DNA from: Candidatus Dormiibacterota bacterium
Lineage (GTDB): Bacteria; Chloroflexota; Dormibacteria; Aeolococcales; Aeolococcaceae
Direction of reading: 5' to 3'
DNA: 64,000 bases
NCBI GenBank assembly: GCA_963754015.1
Contig: CAVWEG010000004.1
Span: 332,734 to 396,733 of the forward strand
Below the pieces are notes generated by a model, which had not been told where the DNA came from, did not search any database, and was given only the letters and a program-made list of their open reading frames with translations. The stretch's first letter is position 1. Every line of letters starts with the position of its first letter. The translations under genes were made by a program, and so were the position numbers. Positions 27,324-36,611 of this stretch are shown here, piece after piece.

Positions 27324-29039
27324 GTGGCGGAGCAGAGAAGCCAGCAGTGGTACCGCGGCACCGATCGCAACGCATACATCCATCGGGCATGGATGCGGCG
27401 CGGTCTCCCCGCGCATGCCTTCGACGGCCGGCCGCACATCGCCATCGCCAACACCGCGTCAGACCTCACGCCGTGCAACGCGCATCTCAACGAGGTCGCC
27501 GAAAGCGTCAAACAGGGTGTGTACGAGGCAGGCGGTATCCCGCTGAATCTGCCGGTGGTATCGCTCGGCGAAACTCAGGTGCGGCCAACAGCGATGCTCT
27601 GGCGGAACATGGCGGCGATGGCGATCGAGGAGATGCTCCGCGCCAATCCGATCGATGGCGTGGTCCTCCTCGGCGGCTGCGACAAGACCATCCCGGCGCT
27701 GCTCATGGCGGCGGCGTCCGTCGATCTGCCTGCCGTTGTGGTGCCTGGCGGCCCGATGCTGTCCGGCACGTTCCGCGGTCAGGCGCTTGGATGCGGGACC
27801 GACGTCTGGCGTCTCTCGGAGGAGGTGCGCGCCGGGACGCTGTCGGAGGAGCAGTTCATCGCGTCGGAGTCGTCCATGATCCGCAGCCGCGGCCACTGCA
27901 ACACGATGGGCACGGCGTCGACGATGGGGCTGCTCGCCGAGGCGCTCGGCATGGTGCTCCCCGGCCTGGCGGGGACGCCGGCCGCCGACAGCCGTCTCCT
28001 CGAGAACGCGCACGCGACAGGCCGGCTCGCCGTGGAGATGGTGGCCGCGCACCGCACGCCCTCGAGCGTGATGACGCGCGCATCCTTCCTCAACGCCATC
28101 GTGGCGCTCGCCGCCATCGGCGGTTCGACGAACGCGGTGGTGCACCTGCTGGCGATCGCGGGACGTCTCGGTGTGCCGTTGACACAGGACGACTTCGACA
28201 GCACCGGTGCCCAGGTCCCCCTGCTCGTCGATTTGCAGCCCGCGGGTCGCTTCCTCATGGAGGATTTCTTCCGCGCCGGCGGACTCCACGCCGTGTTGCG
28301 CGAGGTCCAGGACCTGCTCGATCCGAGCGCGCTCACCGTCACCGGGAAACCACTCGTCGACCATCTCGTCGGCGCCGAGATCTTCGATCACGAGGTCATC
28401 CGCAGACGCGCCGAACCGTTGCAGCCACATGCAGGCATCGCGGTGCTGTACGGGAATCTCGCGCCCGATGGAGCGGTGATCAAGCCGGCAGCGGCTTCGG
28501 CGCATCTGACAAAACACCGTGGCCGCGCGGTCGTGTTCGATTCGATCGAGGACATGCATGCGCGCATCGATGACCCCGATCTCGACGTCGATGCGGATTC
28601 GGTGCTCATCCTGCGCGGCTGCGGCCCGAAGGGATATCCCGGCATGCCCGAGGTGGCCAATCTCCCGTTACCGACGAAATTGCTGCAACAGGGTGTCCGC
28701 GACATGGTCCGCATCTGTGACGGCCGGATGAGCGGCACAGCGTATGGCACCGTGGTGTTGCACGTGACACCGGAAGCGGCCGCCGGCGGCCCGCTCGCAC
28801 GAGTGCGCACCGGCGACTACGTCATCCTCGACGTCGACGCCCGGCGACTCGATGTTGACATTCCGGCCGACGAGTTCGCCGCGCGAGCACCGGATGCAGC
28901 GACGGTCGATGCCTACGCGAAACCGCGCCGCGGCTGGGAATGGTTGTACGTCCAGACCGTGCAGCAGGCCAACACCGGTGCCGACCTAGACTTCCTGCTC
29001 GGATCATCCGGCGACGCAGTCTCACGCGAATCCCACTAA
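27324..29039 (+). CDS. IlvD/EDD-family dehydratase (sugar-acid dehydratase, e.g. arabonate/xylonate type)
   Basis: 571 aa with the CDKTIPALLMAAA Fe-S cluster loop and PCNAHL, typical of IlvD/EDD. Confidence 0.85.
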   Translation: MAEQRSQQWYRGTDRNAYIHRAWMRRGLPAHAFDGRPHIAIANTASDLTPCNAHLNEVAESVKQGVYEAGGIPLNLPVVSLGETQVRPTAMLWRNMAAMAIEEMLRANPIDGVVLLGGCDKTIPALLMAAASVDLPAVVVPGGPMLSGTFRGQALGCGTDVWRLSEEVRAGTLSEEQFIASESSMIRSRGHCNTMGTASTMGLLAEALGMVLPGLAGTPAADSRLLENAHATGRLAVEMVAAHRTPSSVMTRASFLNAIVALAAIGGSTNAVVHLLAIAGRLGVPLTQDDFDSTGAQVPLLVDLQPAGRFLMEDFFRAGGLHAVLREVQDLLDPSALTVTGKPLVDHLVGAEIFDHEVIRRRAEPLQPHAGIAVLYGNLAPDGAVIKPAAASAHLTKHRGRAVVFDSIEDMHARIDDPDLDVDADSVLILRGCGPKGYPGMPEVANLPLPTKLLQQGVRDMVRICDGRMSGTAYGTVVLHVTPEAAAGGPLARVRTGDYVILDVDARRLDVDIPADEFAARAPDAATVDAYAKPRRGWEWLYVQTVQQANTGADLDFLLGSSGDAVSRESH

Positions 29040-29055
29040 GAGAAGGACACTTCAC

Positions 29056-30063
29056 ATGCCCGCACCAATCACCGACGGCCGCCCAATCCGCTGGGGCATC
29101 ATCACCGCAGGCGGCATCGCCGACACCGTCAGCAACGACATCAACCTCACCGCCGGTAACGTTGTGACCGCAGTGGCAGCGCGCCACGCCGATCGAGCCG
29201 CGCGATTCGCCGCCAAGCATGGCGCCAGCCGGAGCTACGGTAACTATCAGGAGCTCGTCAACGACGCGGACGTCGATGTCGTCTACGTCGCGAGCACGCA
29301 CCCGCACCATCGTGCGCAGGCGCTCATGGCAATCGCAGCAGGCAAGGCCGTCCTTATCGAGAAGCCGGTGTGCCTCAACGCCGCCGACACCCGCGAGGTC
29401 TTCGCAGCAGCCGTGGCGGCAGACGTCTTCTCGATGGAGGCCATGTGGATGCGCCTCAACCCGTTGATCCGTCAGGCGCAACAATTGATCGCGGATGGCA
29501 CGATCGGCGACGTCGTCGGTGTGCGCATGGAGTTCGGACTCGGACGCCCGTTCGATCCGAAGAATCGCCTCTACGAGCTCGCCAACGGTGGCGGCGCGCT
29601 GCTCGACCTTGGCGTCTACCCGGTCACGTTCGCGTACCTCTTCCTCGGACAACCGGACGAGGTGCACACGGTGGGCACGCTCTCGCCGACCGGATCCGAT
29701 GAGACCGTGGCGATGCAGTGGCTCTATGGCGGAGTCCCGCGAGCACAGCTCTTCACGTCGGCGTCGGTGTCGGCGCCCAACTCGGCTGCGATCTACGGGA
29801 CCAAGGGATGGATCACCGTGCTGCCGGTTGCCTATCGCCCGAGCGGGCTCATCGTCCACAACGACGACGGCGAATACACCGTGCCGGATCCGCTCGCGGG
29901 CAACGGCAACGGCTACCAGCCGGAGATCGAAGAGGTCGAGCGCTGTCTGCGCGCCGGACTGATTGAGAGCCCGCTCGTCACGCACGCCGACACGGTGGCC
30001 ATCCTCGAACTCCTCGACGCGGCGCGCGCGGTGGTCGGCGTCGTCTACCCGGACGAGCAGTGA
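29056..30063 (+). CDS. Gfo/Idh/MocA-family oxidoreductase
   Basis: N-terminal Rossmann motif IRWGIITAGGIA and a family-typical length of 335 aa. Confidence 0.75.
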   Translation: MPAPITDGRPIRWGIITAGGIADTVSNDINLTAGNVVTAVAARHADRAARFAAKHGASRSYGNYQELVNDADVDVVYVASTHPHHRAQALMAIAAGKAVLIEKPVCLNAADTREVFAAAVAADVFSMEAMWMRLNPLIRQAQQLIADGTIGDVVGVRMEFGLGRPFDPKNRLYELANGGGALLDLGVYPVTFAYLFLGQPDEVHTVGTLSPTGSDETVAMQWLYGGVPRAQLFTSASVSAPNSAAIYGTKGWITVLPVAYRPSGLIVHNDDGEYTVPDPLAGNGNGYQPEIEEVERCLRAGLIESPLVTHADTVAILELLDAARAVVGVVYPDEQ

Positions 30064-31106
30064 GCGACGAGGCAGGCGTGCCCGTCCGGTTCGGCGTTGT
30101 CGGCTACGGCTTCGGCGCGCGCTACTTCCACACACCGCTCATCAGGTCGTCGCCCGAGTGCGAGCTGGTCGGTGTCGTCACCACCTCGGCCGAACGCAAA
30201 GCGCTTGTCGAGCACGACAAGCCGGGCACGCCGACCTTCGAGTCCATGACATCGCTGCTCGATGCCGGCGTTGAGGCAGTCGCCGTCTCGACGCCGACTC
30301 CGACCCACACCGAGGTGACCGAGCAGGCGTTGCGCCTCGGGCTCGCGGTCGTCTGCGACAAGGCGTTCGCGCTCACTGCCGGCGCCGCACGGCACACCGT
30401 CGACCTGGCTGACGAGCGCGGCCTCGTCCTGAGCCCGTACCAGAACCGGCGCTGGGACTCCGACTTCCGCACGGTCCAGAAGCTGGTCGCCGACGGAGCG
30501 CTGGGGACGGTCACGCGCGTCGAGTTGCGATTCGAGCGCTTCGCCCCTCAGGCAGGACCCGGCAAATCCGGCGCCGGTTCGCTGCTCGACTTCGGCAGTC
30601 ATCTCGTGGATCAAGCACTCGTCCTCCTCGGCCCCGCAAAGGCCGTCTATGCAGAGTTCCGCCTGCGCGAGAACGGGCTCGACGACGACGTCTTCGTCGC
30701 ACTCACGCACGCAAACGGCGCGCGCTCGCAGCTCTGGGGCAGCTGGAGCCAGTCCGCTCCCGGTCCTCGCTTCCGGGTCACCGGCACCGAGGCGACATAC
30801 GTGCTGCAGCCGAGCGACTCGCAGGAGGACGCGCTCCTTGCCGGCGAGACGCCCGCCACCCTCGGCGACCGATGGGGTGTTGAGCCGCCCGACAGCCATG
30901 GCACGCTGTACCGCGGCCTCACGTCAGCGCCGTATCCGACCGAGCGAGGGCGGTGGGACACGTTCTATCCGGCGTTCGCGCGAGCCGTCCGCGGCGTGAA
31001 CCCGCCGCCCGTCAACATGCACGATGCCGTCGCCATCGCGACCGTGCTCGACGCCGCGCGCCTGAGCGCCACAAGCGGCATGGTCGTCCCGGTGCCGCCG
31101 GAATGA
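30060..31106 (+). CDS. Gfo/Idh/MocA-family oxidoreductase
   Basis: VRFGVVGYGFGARYFHTPLI and the EKP-type motif region. Coupled to the upstream gene by an ATGA overlap. Confidence 0.75.
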   Translation: MSDEAGVPVRFGVVGYGFGARYFHTPLIRSSPECELVGVVTTSAERKALVEHDKPGTPTFESMTSLLDAGVEAVAVSTPTPTHTEVTEQALRLGLAVVCDKAFALTAGAARHTVDLADERGLVLSPYQNRRWDSDFRTVQKLVADGALGTVTRVELRFERFAPQAGPGKSGAGSLLDFGSHLVDQALVLLGPAKAVYAEFRLRENGLDDDVFVALTHANGARSQLWGSWSQSAPGPRFRVTGTEATYVLQPSDSQEDALLAGETPATLGDRWGVEPPDSHGTLYRGLTSAPYPTERGRWDTFYPAFARAVRGVNPPPVNMHDAVAIATVLDAARLSATSGMVVPVPPE

Positions 31107-31576
31107 CGGCGACGGAGGCGCAAGAGCTTGCCGCACTTCTCGCCGACGAGGAGCGCCTCGTCTTCCAGCACTTCGATGCGAAGACGGCCTGGGAGCTCGG
31201 CTCCGCCATGCGCGCCGAGGCGGATGCTGCTCGACTCCCGATCGCGATCTCGATCCGTCGCAACGGGCAGTGTCTCTTCCACGCAGCACTCCCCGGCTCG
31301 TCCGCGGACAACGACGCGTGGCTGCTGCGCAAAGCTGCGGTGGTCGAGCGCTACGGGCACTCCTCGTACTACGTCGGCTGTCAGTTCCGCGCGGACGGAC
31401 GCAACTTCGATACCGATTCCCGCCTGGACGTCGGCACGTTCGCCGCGCACGGCGGCGCGTTCCCGCTCATGCTCGGCACGAGCGGCTGCGTCGGGACGGT
31501 CGCGGTATCAGGCCTGCCGCAGCTCGAGGATCACCGCTTCGTCGTGACCCAGCTCGAACGGTTCCTCAGCCGTTAG
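31103..31576 (+). CDS. GlcG/DUF336 (haem-degrading HbpS-like) family protein
   Basis: 157 aa from the ATG at 31103, which overlaps the upstream stop. Family-like layout MTATEAQELAALLADEE...GCVGTVAVSGL. Confidence 0.55.
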   Translation: MTATEAQELAALLADEERLVFQHFDAKTAWELGSAMRAEADAARLPIAISIRRNGQCLFHAALPGSSADNDAWLLRKAAVVERYGHSSYYVGCQFRADGRNFDTDSRLDVGTFAAHGGAFPLMLGTSGCVGTVAVSGLPQLEDHRFVVTQLERFLSR

Positions 31577-32172
31577 AGCTTGCCCGCCGCCGACTGCGCC
31601 GCCGCGTTCACCTGCGGGTCCATCGCGGAGCCAGAGTTGACGGACGACGTGACGCTGATCACCACGAAGTAGTTGTCCTTCGAGAACGCGTACGTCGCGG
31701 AGTCCGTGTCGATGTCCTTGAGCGCGGCAGAACCGAGTCCCGAGACCGGCGTGACCGTGCCGCCGCTCGAGCTGGAGCCGCTGGAGCTCAAGGCGCCGGC
31801 GAGCGCGGCCTGGAGTGCCACCTGGCTCAGTCCACCCGGAATCGGCTCGACAACGATGATGCCGCCACCGCCGCCGTCGCTCGACGACGTGTCCGCGTAG
31901 ACGCACGTCGTCGCGCTGCATGTCCCGGTCACGACGGTGACATTCGGATCGCCGCTGATGCTCGCGACGTCAGAGACGCTCAGGATCGTGTTGGCGCCCG
32001 CGCCCCCACTGCTCCCGGTGGAACCAGATCCAGGCGTGGTTAGTCCTGGAATTCCGGGAATACTGATGCCTGACGGCGTCGGCGTCGTCGTGCCCGATGA
32101 ACCACCGCAGCCCGCGAGCGCGGCGACAGCAGCAATGGAGACAGCTCCCAGAATGACCGGCTTTGCAGACAT
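31573..32172 (-). CDS. Secreted Ser/Gly/Thr-rich lipoprotein
   Basis: Signal peptide with a lipobox (AALAGC), then a low-complexity S/G/T-rich region. Confidence 0.5.
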   Translation of the reverse strand: MSAKPVILGAVSIAAVAALAGCGGSSGTTTPTPSGISIPGIPGLTTPGSGSTGSSGGAGANTILSVSDVASISGDPNVTVVTGTCSATTCVYADTSSSDGGGGGIIVVEPIPGGLSQVALQAALAGALSSSGSSSSGGTVTPVSGLGSAALKDIDTDSATYAFSKDNYFVVISVTSSVNSGSAMDPQVNAAAQSAAGKL

Positions 32173-32339
32173 GAACGTCCTCGGTGTAGTTCGTCAGCGC
32201 TCCCTCCGCGCCGAATCGCCGCAGATGATAACTGGCCGAATGCCCATTCCCATCGTGGTACCAGATCGGAAAACCGACTTCGGCTTGGTACAGTCGATTT
32301 GATGATGCTCAGCGCCGACGCACGTCTCGGAGAACGCCT

Positions 32340-34379
32340 GTGATGCACGGCGGCGGCATGCTCGGCGGCCGCAAACGGGAGAAGCCATCGGGACGGGTCC
32401 CGAACCGCAAGCTCGTCCGGCAGACCGCGAGCCTGTTCAGCGCGCATCGCGGCGGGGTCGCAGCGATCGCCGGACTGGTGGTCATCACAGCGGGGGCCGG
32501 CGTCATCAATCCGATCCTCATCAAGGTCGTCTTCGACACCGCCCTGTTCCCCACGCGAACCGTCGGCGGGCACATCGTGAACCTCCCGGTCAACGTCCCA
32601 CGGCTCGAGATCCTCGTCGCGATCATGATCGGCATCACGATCGTCACCGGGGCGATCGGGGTCCTCCAGACCTACATCACGAACCGCGTCGGCCAGCGTG
32701 TCATGGAGGAGTTGCGCAACCGCCTCTACGAGCACCTCCAGGGGATGTCGCTGCGCTTCTTCACGGGGACCCGCACCGGCGAGATCCAGTCGCGGCTCAC
32801 CAACGACGTCGGCGGCATCCAGTCGGTGGTCACGGACACCGCGACGTCGCTGCTCTCCAACATCGTCACGCTGCTGAGCACGCTCATCGCGATGCTGGTG
32901 CTGTCCTGGCAGCTGACCGTTCTCTCGCTCGGTATCACGCCGCTCTTCGTCTTCTACACGTACCGCGCAGGCAAGGTGCGCCGCCAGATCACGATGCAGG
33001 CGCAGGAGTCGAAAGCGGAGATCAGCGCCATCACCGAGGAGACGCTCTCGGTGTCGGGGATGTTGCTCGCCAAGGTGTTCGGTCGCGGCCCCGAGGAGAT
33101 CCTCCGCTTCCGCAAGGAGAACCATCGCCTCGCGAATCTCGCGATCCGGCAGGAGATGATCGGGCGGGCGCTCTTCGCCGTCATCGGCGCCTTCTTCAGC
33201 AGCGCACCCGCACTCGTCTATCTCATCGGCGGCTACGTGCTCGCGAGCGGCCATGGGGCCGGGTCGATCACCCCGGGCACGATCATCGCGTTTACGACGC
33301 TGCAGAGCCGCCTCTTCTTCCCGATCGGCAGCATGCTCTCGGTCTCGATCGAGATCCAGGCGAGCCTGGCGCTCTTCGAACGCATCTTCGACTACTTGAA
33401 GATGCCCCACGACATCGTCGACAAGCCCGACGCGCGGGTGGTCATTGCGGCCGATATCAAGGGCGCCGTCGAGCTCGACCATGTCTCGTTCCGCTACGAC
33501 CGCGGCAGCTTTGGACCGATGCTCGATTCGCAGCCCCAGGTCGCGACACCGGGTCCGAACGGCCACGGGCCCGATGGCACCGACGTCCCCGACGGGGACG
33601 ATCCCGTGCCGAATGAGATCCGCCGCCCGTGGGCGATCGAGGACGTGAGCTTGAAGGTGCGTCCCGGCCAACTGGCCGCGATCGTCGGCCCCAGCGGCGC
33701 CGGCAAGACCACGATCTCGTATCTCATTCCGCGCCTGTACGACGTCACCGAGGGCCGCGTGCTCCTCGACGGCATGGACGTGCGCGACCTCACGCTCAAC
33801 TCCCTCGCCGGGGCAATCAGCATGGTGACCCAGGAGACGTACCTGTTCCATGCATCCGTGCGACGCAACCTCATGTACGCGAAGCCGGACGCGACCCAGG
33901 AGGAGCTGGAGGCTGCCGCCAAGGCGGCGTTCATCCACGACCGGATCATGGCGCTCGACGACGGCTACGACACTCTGGTCGGCGAGCGTGGCTACCGGAT
34001 GTCCGGCGGCGAGAAACAACGTCTCGCGATCGCCCGAGTCGTCCTCAAGGCGCCGCGCGTGCTCATCCTCGACGAGGCGACATCAGCGCTTGACACCACG
34101 AGCGAGCGGCTCGTCCAGGCCGCCCTGGAGCCGCTCCTGTCCGGGCGCACGACGATCGCCATCGCCCACCGCCTCTCCACCATCCTGGCCGCCGACGTCA
34201 TCTTCGTCATCGACCGTGGACAGCTGATCGAACAGGGCACGCACGCCGAGCTCCTGCAGCGCGGCGGGGCGTACGCCAAGGTGTACGAGCAGCAGTTCCA
34301 GGGCGGGCGAGTCGAGGCTGTGTGCGAGGACGGGATGGTGCTCGCCAGCGGCGAGGTGGTTGCCGGCAGCAAGGCATAG
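32340..34379 (+). CDS. ABC transporter, fused permease/ATP-binding exporter with an insertion in the NBD
   Basis: Six-TM domain, then Walker A GPSGAGKTT, signature LSGGEKQRLAIARVVL and Walker B ILILDEATS. A ~40-aa G/P/D-rich insert precedes Walker A. Confidence 0.85.
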   Translation: MMHGGGMLGGRKREKPSGRVPNRKLVRQTASLFSAHRGGVAAIAGLVVITAGAGVINPILIKVVFDTALFPTRTVGGHIVNLPVNVPRLEILVAIMIGITIVTGAIGVLQTYITNRVGQRVMEELRNRLYEHLQGMSLRFFTGTRTGEIQSRLTNDVGGIQSVVTDTATSLLSNIVTLLSTLIAMLVLSWQLTVLSLGITPLFVFYTYRAGKVRRQITMQAQESKAEISAITEETLSVSGMLLAKVFGRGPEEILRFRKENHRLANLAIRQEMIGRALFAVIGAFFSSAPALVYLIGGYVLASGHGAGSITPGTIIAFTTLQSRLFFPIGSMLSVSIEIQASLALFERIFDYLKMPHDIVDKPDARVVIAADIKGAVELDHVSFRYDRGSFGPMLDSQPQVATPGPNGHGPDGTDVPDGDDPVPNEIRRPWAIEDVSLKVRPGQLAAIVGPSGAGKTTISYLIPRLYDVTEGRVLLDGMDVRDLTLNSLAGAISMVTQETYLFHASVRRNLMYAKPDATQEELEAAAKAAFIHDRIMALDDGYDTLVGERGYRMSGGEKQRLAIARVVLKAPRVLILDEATSALDTTSERLVQAALEPLLSGRTTIAIAHRLSTILAADVIFVIDRGQLIEQGTHAELLQRGGAYAKVYEQQFQGGRVEAVCEDGMVLASGEVVAGSKA

Positions 34380-35814
34380 CGTGGCCGGCCCGCTCGACGC
34401 CGTGGTCATCGGGAGCGGGCCGAACGGGCTGTCGGCTGCAGTCGAGCTCGCTCGCAACGGCGCGTCGGTCCTCGTGCTCGAAGGCGCTGAGACGCTCGGC
34501 GGCGGCACGCGCACCTCGGATCTCACACTGCCGGGCTTTCACCACGACGTCTGCTCGTCGGCCCACCCGCTCGGGATCCTGTCCCCGTTCTTCTCGACGC
34601 TTCCGCTCGCCGAATACGGGCTGACCTGGCTGCAGAGCCCTGCATCCGTTGCCCATCCGCTGGATGACGAACCAGCGGTGATGCTGGGACCTTCACCGCG
34701 CGCGACGGCCGAGGGCCTCGGGAACGACGCCCCCGCGTACCGTCGCCTCCTGTCGCCGCTGCTGCGGCATCCAGACGAGCTCCTTGCGGAGGTGCTCGGC
34801 CCGGCCCACCTCCCGAGGCACCCGCTCCTGCTCGCTCGGTTCGGGGTACCTGCCTTGCTCCCGGCCACCACGCTGGGACGCACGCTCTTCCGCGGAGAGC
34901 GGGCTCGAGCACTCCTCGCGGGATGCGCAGCGCACACCGCCATCCCGCTCACGCGCCCCGTCAGTGCGGCGGCGGGGCTCCTCTTCCTGCTGTCGGCACA
35001 CGTCGAGACCTGGCCCGTGGCGCAGGGCGGCTCGGCGGCGATCACCACCGCGCTCGCCGGGTACCTGCAATCGCTCGGCGGGCGGATCGAGACCGGCCGG
35101 ATGGTCCGGTCCGCCGGGGAGCTGCCCACAGCCCGCGTCCATCTCTTCGACACGAGCCCGGCGCAGGTCGCGGACATCGCAGCGTCAATGCTCCCCGGCC
35201 GCTACGTGAACCACCTCCGCGGATTCCGGTACGGCCCCGGTGTCTTCAAGGTCGACTGGGCTCTCGACGGACCGATCCCGTGGCGCGACCCGGCCTGCCT
35301 CGACGCGTCGACCGTCCACCTCGGCGGCACGCTTGATGAGATCGCCGCGTCCGAGGCCGCTGTGTGGCGCGGCGACCATCCGGACCGTCCGTACGTGATC
35401 GTCGTGCAGCCCACCCTCGTCGATCCTTCACGCGCGCCGGCGGGCAGGCACACCGCATGGGCGTACTGCCACGTGCCATCCGGTTCGAGTGTCGATCGCA
35501 CCGACGTCATCGAGCGGCAGATGGAGCGCTTCGCGCCGGGTTTCCGCGACCGCGTCCTCGGCAGACACGTCATGGGCACCGCCGACCTCGAGCGCTACAA
35601 CCCGAACAACATCGGGGGAGCGATCACCGGCGGTGTCACCGACCTCGGTCAGCTGTTCACGCGACCCGTGGCCCGCATCAATCCGTACACGACGCCGAAC
35701 CCGCGGCTCTTCATCTGCTCGGCGTCGACACCTCCCGGCGGAGGGGTGCACGGGATGTGCGGATACCACGCTGCGCGAGCCGCGCTGCGCCATCTGCCGG
35801 GCGTCGCTGTGTGA
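34360..35814 (+). CDS. FAD-dependent oxidoreductase (phytoene desaturase/amine oxidase superfamily)
   Basis: N-terminal dinucleotide-binding motif VVIGSGPNGLSAAVELARNGASVLVLE. 484 aa. Confidence 0.75.
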   Translation: MPAARHSVAGPLDAVVIGSGPNGLSAAVELARNGASVLVLEGAETLGGGTRTSDLTLPGFHHDVCSSAHPLGILSPFFSTLPLAEYGLTWLQSPASVAHPLDDEPAVMLGPSPRATAEGLGNDAPAYRRLLSPLLRHPDELLAEVLGPAHLPRHPLLLARFGVPALLPATTLGRTLFRGERARALLAGCAAHTAIPLTRPVSAAAGLLFLLSAHVETWPVAQGGSAAITTALAGYLQSLGGRIETGRMVRSAGELPTARVHLFDTSPAQVADIAASMLPGRYVNHLRGFRYGPGVFKVDWALDGPIPWRDPACLDASTVHLGGTLDEIAASEAAVWRGDHPDRPYVIVVQPTLVDPSRAPAGRHTAWAYCHVPSGSSVDRTDVIERQMERFAPGFRDRVLGRHVMGTADLERYNPNNIGGAITGGVTDLGQLFTRPVARINPYTTPNPRLFICSASTPPGGGVHGMCGYHAARAALRHLPGVAV

Positions 35815-35824
35815 AGATGCAGCG

Positions 35825-36151
35825 ATGATCATGGTCGTCTTCCGCTCCCGCAACCGGCCCGGCGCCGACCTCGCCGAGTACGAGAAACGCAGCAAGCGCA
35901 TGCGCGAATTGGTCGAGCAGCACCCGGGGTTCATCTCCATCGAGAACTTCGAAGGCCCCGACGGCGAGGAACTCTCGCTCGAGATCTTCGAGAACGACAA
36001 GTCGGTCAAGGCATGGCGGGCCAACCCTGAGCATCGCGAGACGCAACGTTGGGCGCGCGAGGAGTTGTACTCCTGGTACTCGGTCACCGTCGGCGAGGTC
36101 ATCCGCAGTCACGCGACGGACTTGATGGCCGCCAAGGCGTCGACGGTCTAG
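35825..36151 (+). CDS. Antibiotic-biosynthesis-monooxygenase (ABM)-like small protein
   Basis: 108 aa from the internal ATG. Ferredoxin-like ABM pattern (MIMVVFRSRNRPG...WRANPEHRETQ). Confidence 0.5.
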   Translation: MIMVVFRSRNRPGADLAEYEKRSKRMRELVEQHPGFISIENFEGPDGEELSLEIFENDKSVKAWRANPEHRETQRWAREELYSWYSVTVGEVIRSHATDLMAAKASTV

Positions 36152-36582
36152 CGGCGTCGCCGCGCGCGAAAGAAGCCCTGCAGCAGCGCCGCAGACTCGT
36201 CCGCGCAGATACCCATCGTGACGTCGATCCGATGGTTGTTCTTCGCATGCCGGAGCACGTCGTACACGCTGCCGTCCGCGCCTTTCTTCGGGTCGCGAGC
36301 GGCGTAGACGCAGCGCGCGATGCGTGCCTGGACCATCGCACCGGCGCACATCGGGCACGGTTCGAGCGTTGCGTAGACGGTGATGCCGTCGAGGCGCCAC
36401 CCGCCGTGCAGATGCGCAACGCGACGCAGCACGATCATCTCCGCGTGCGCCGTGGCGTCGCCACGACGCTCGATCGCGTTGCCCGCCGTGGCGATCACGA
36501 CGCCGTCGCGAACCGCAACGGCGCCGACCGGTACCTCACCGCGATTTCCGGCCGCTCGCGCCACGCCAAGCGCGCGACGCAT
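36148..36582 (-). CDS. tadA: tRNA-specific adenosine deaminase
   Basis: Zinc-binding HAEMIVLR and LEPCPMCAGAM motifs. 144 aa. Confidence 0.8.
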   Translation of the reverse strand: MRRALGVARAAGNRGEVPVGAVAVRDGVVIATAGNAIERRGDATAHAEMIVLRRVAHLHGGWRLDGITVYATLEPCPMCAGAMVQARIARCVYAARDPKKGADGSVYDVLRHAKNNHRIDVTMGICADESAALLQGFFRARRRR

Positions 36583-36611
36583 GCAGCGCTCGTCGGCGTC
36601 GATCGGAAGCC

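Noticed and set aside
27125-28573. Very long antisense or alternative-frame ORFs inside the IlvD/EDD dehydratase gene (482-aa + frame and 366-aa minus frame); similar nested ORFs occur in gltB, sdhA and ABC genes
   Set aside because: They are Arg/Ala/Gly/Pro-rich with no motifs. They lie wholly within a gene with strong family signatures and are a normal high-GC artefact.
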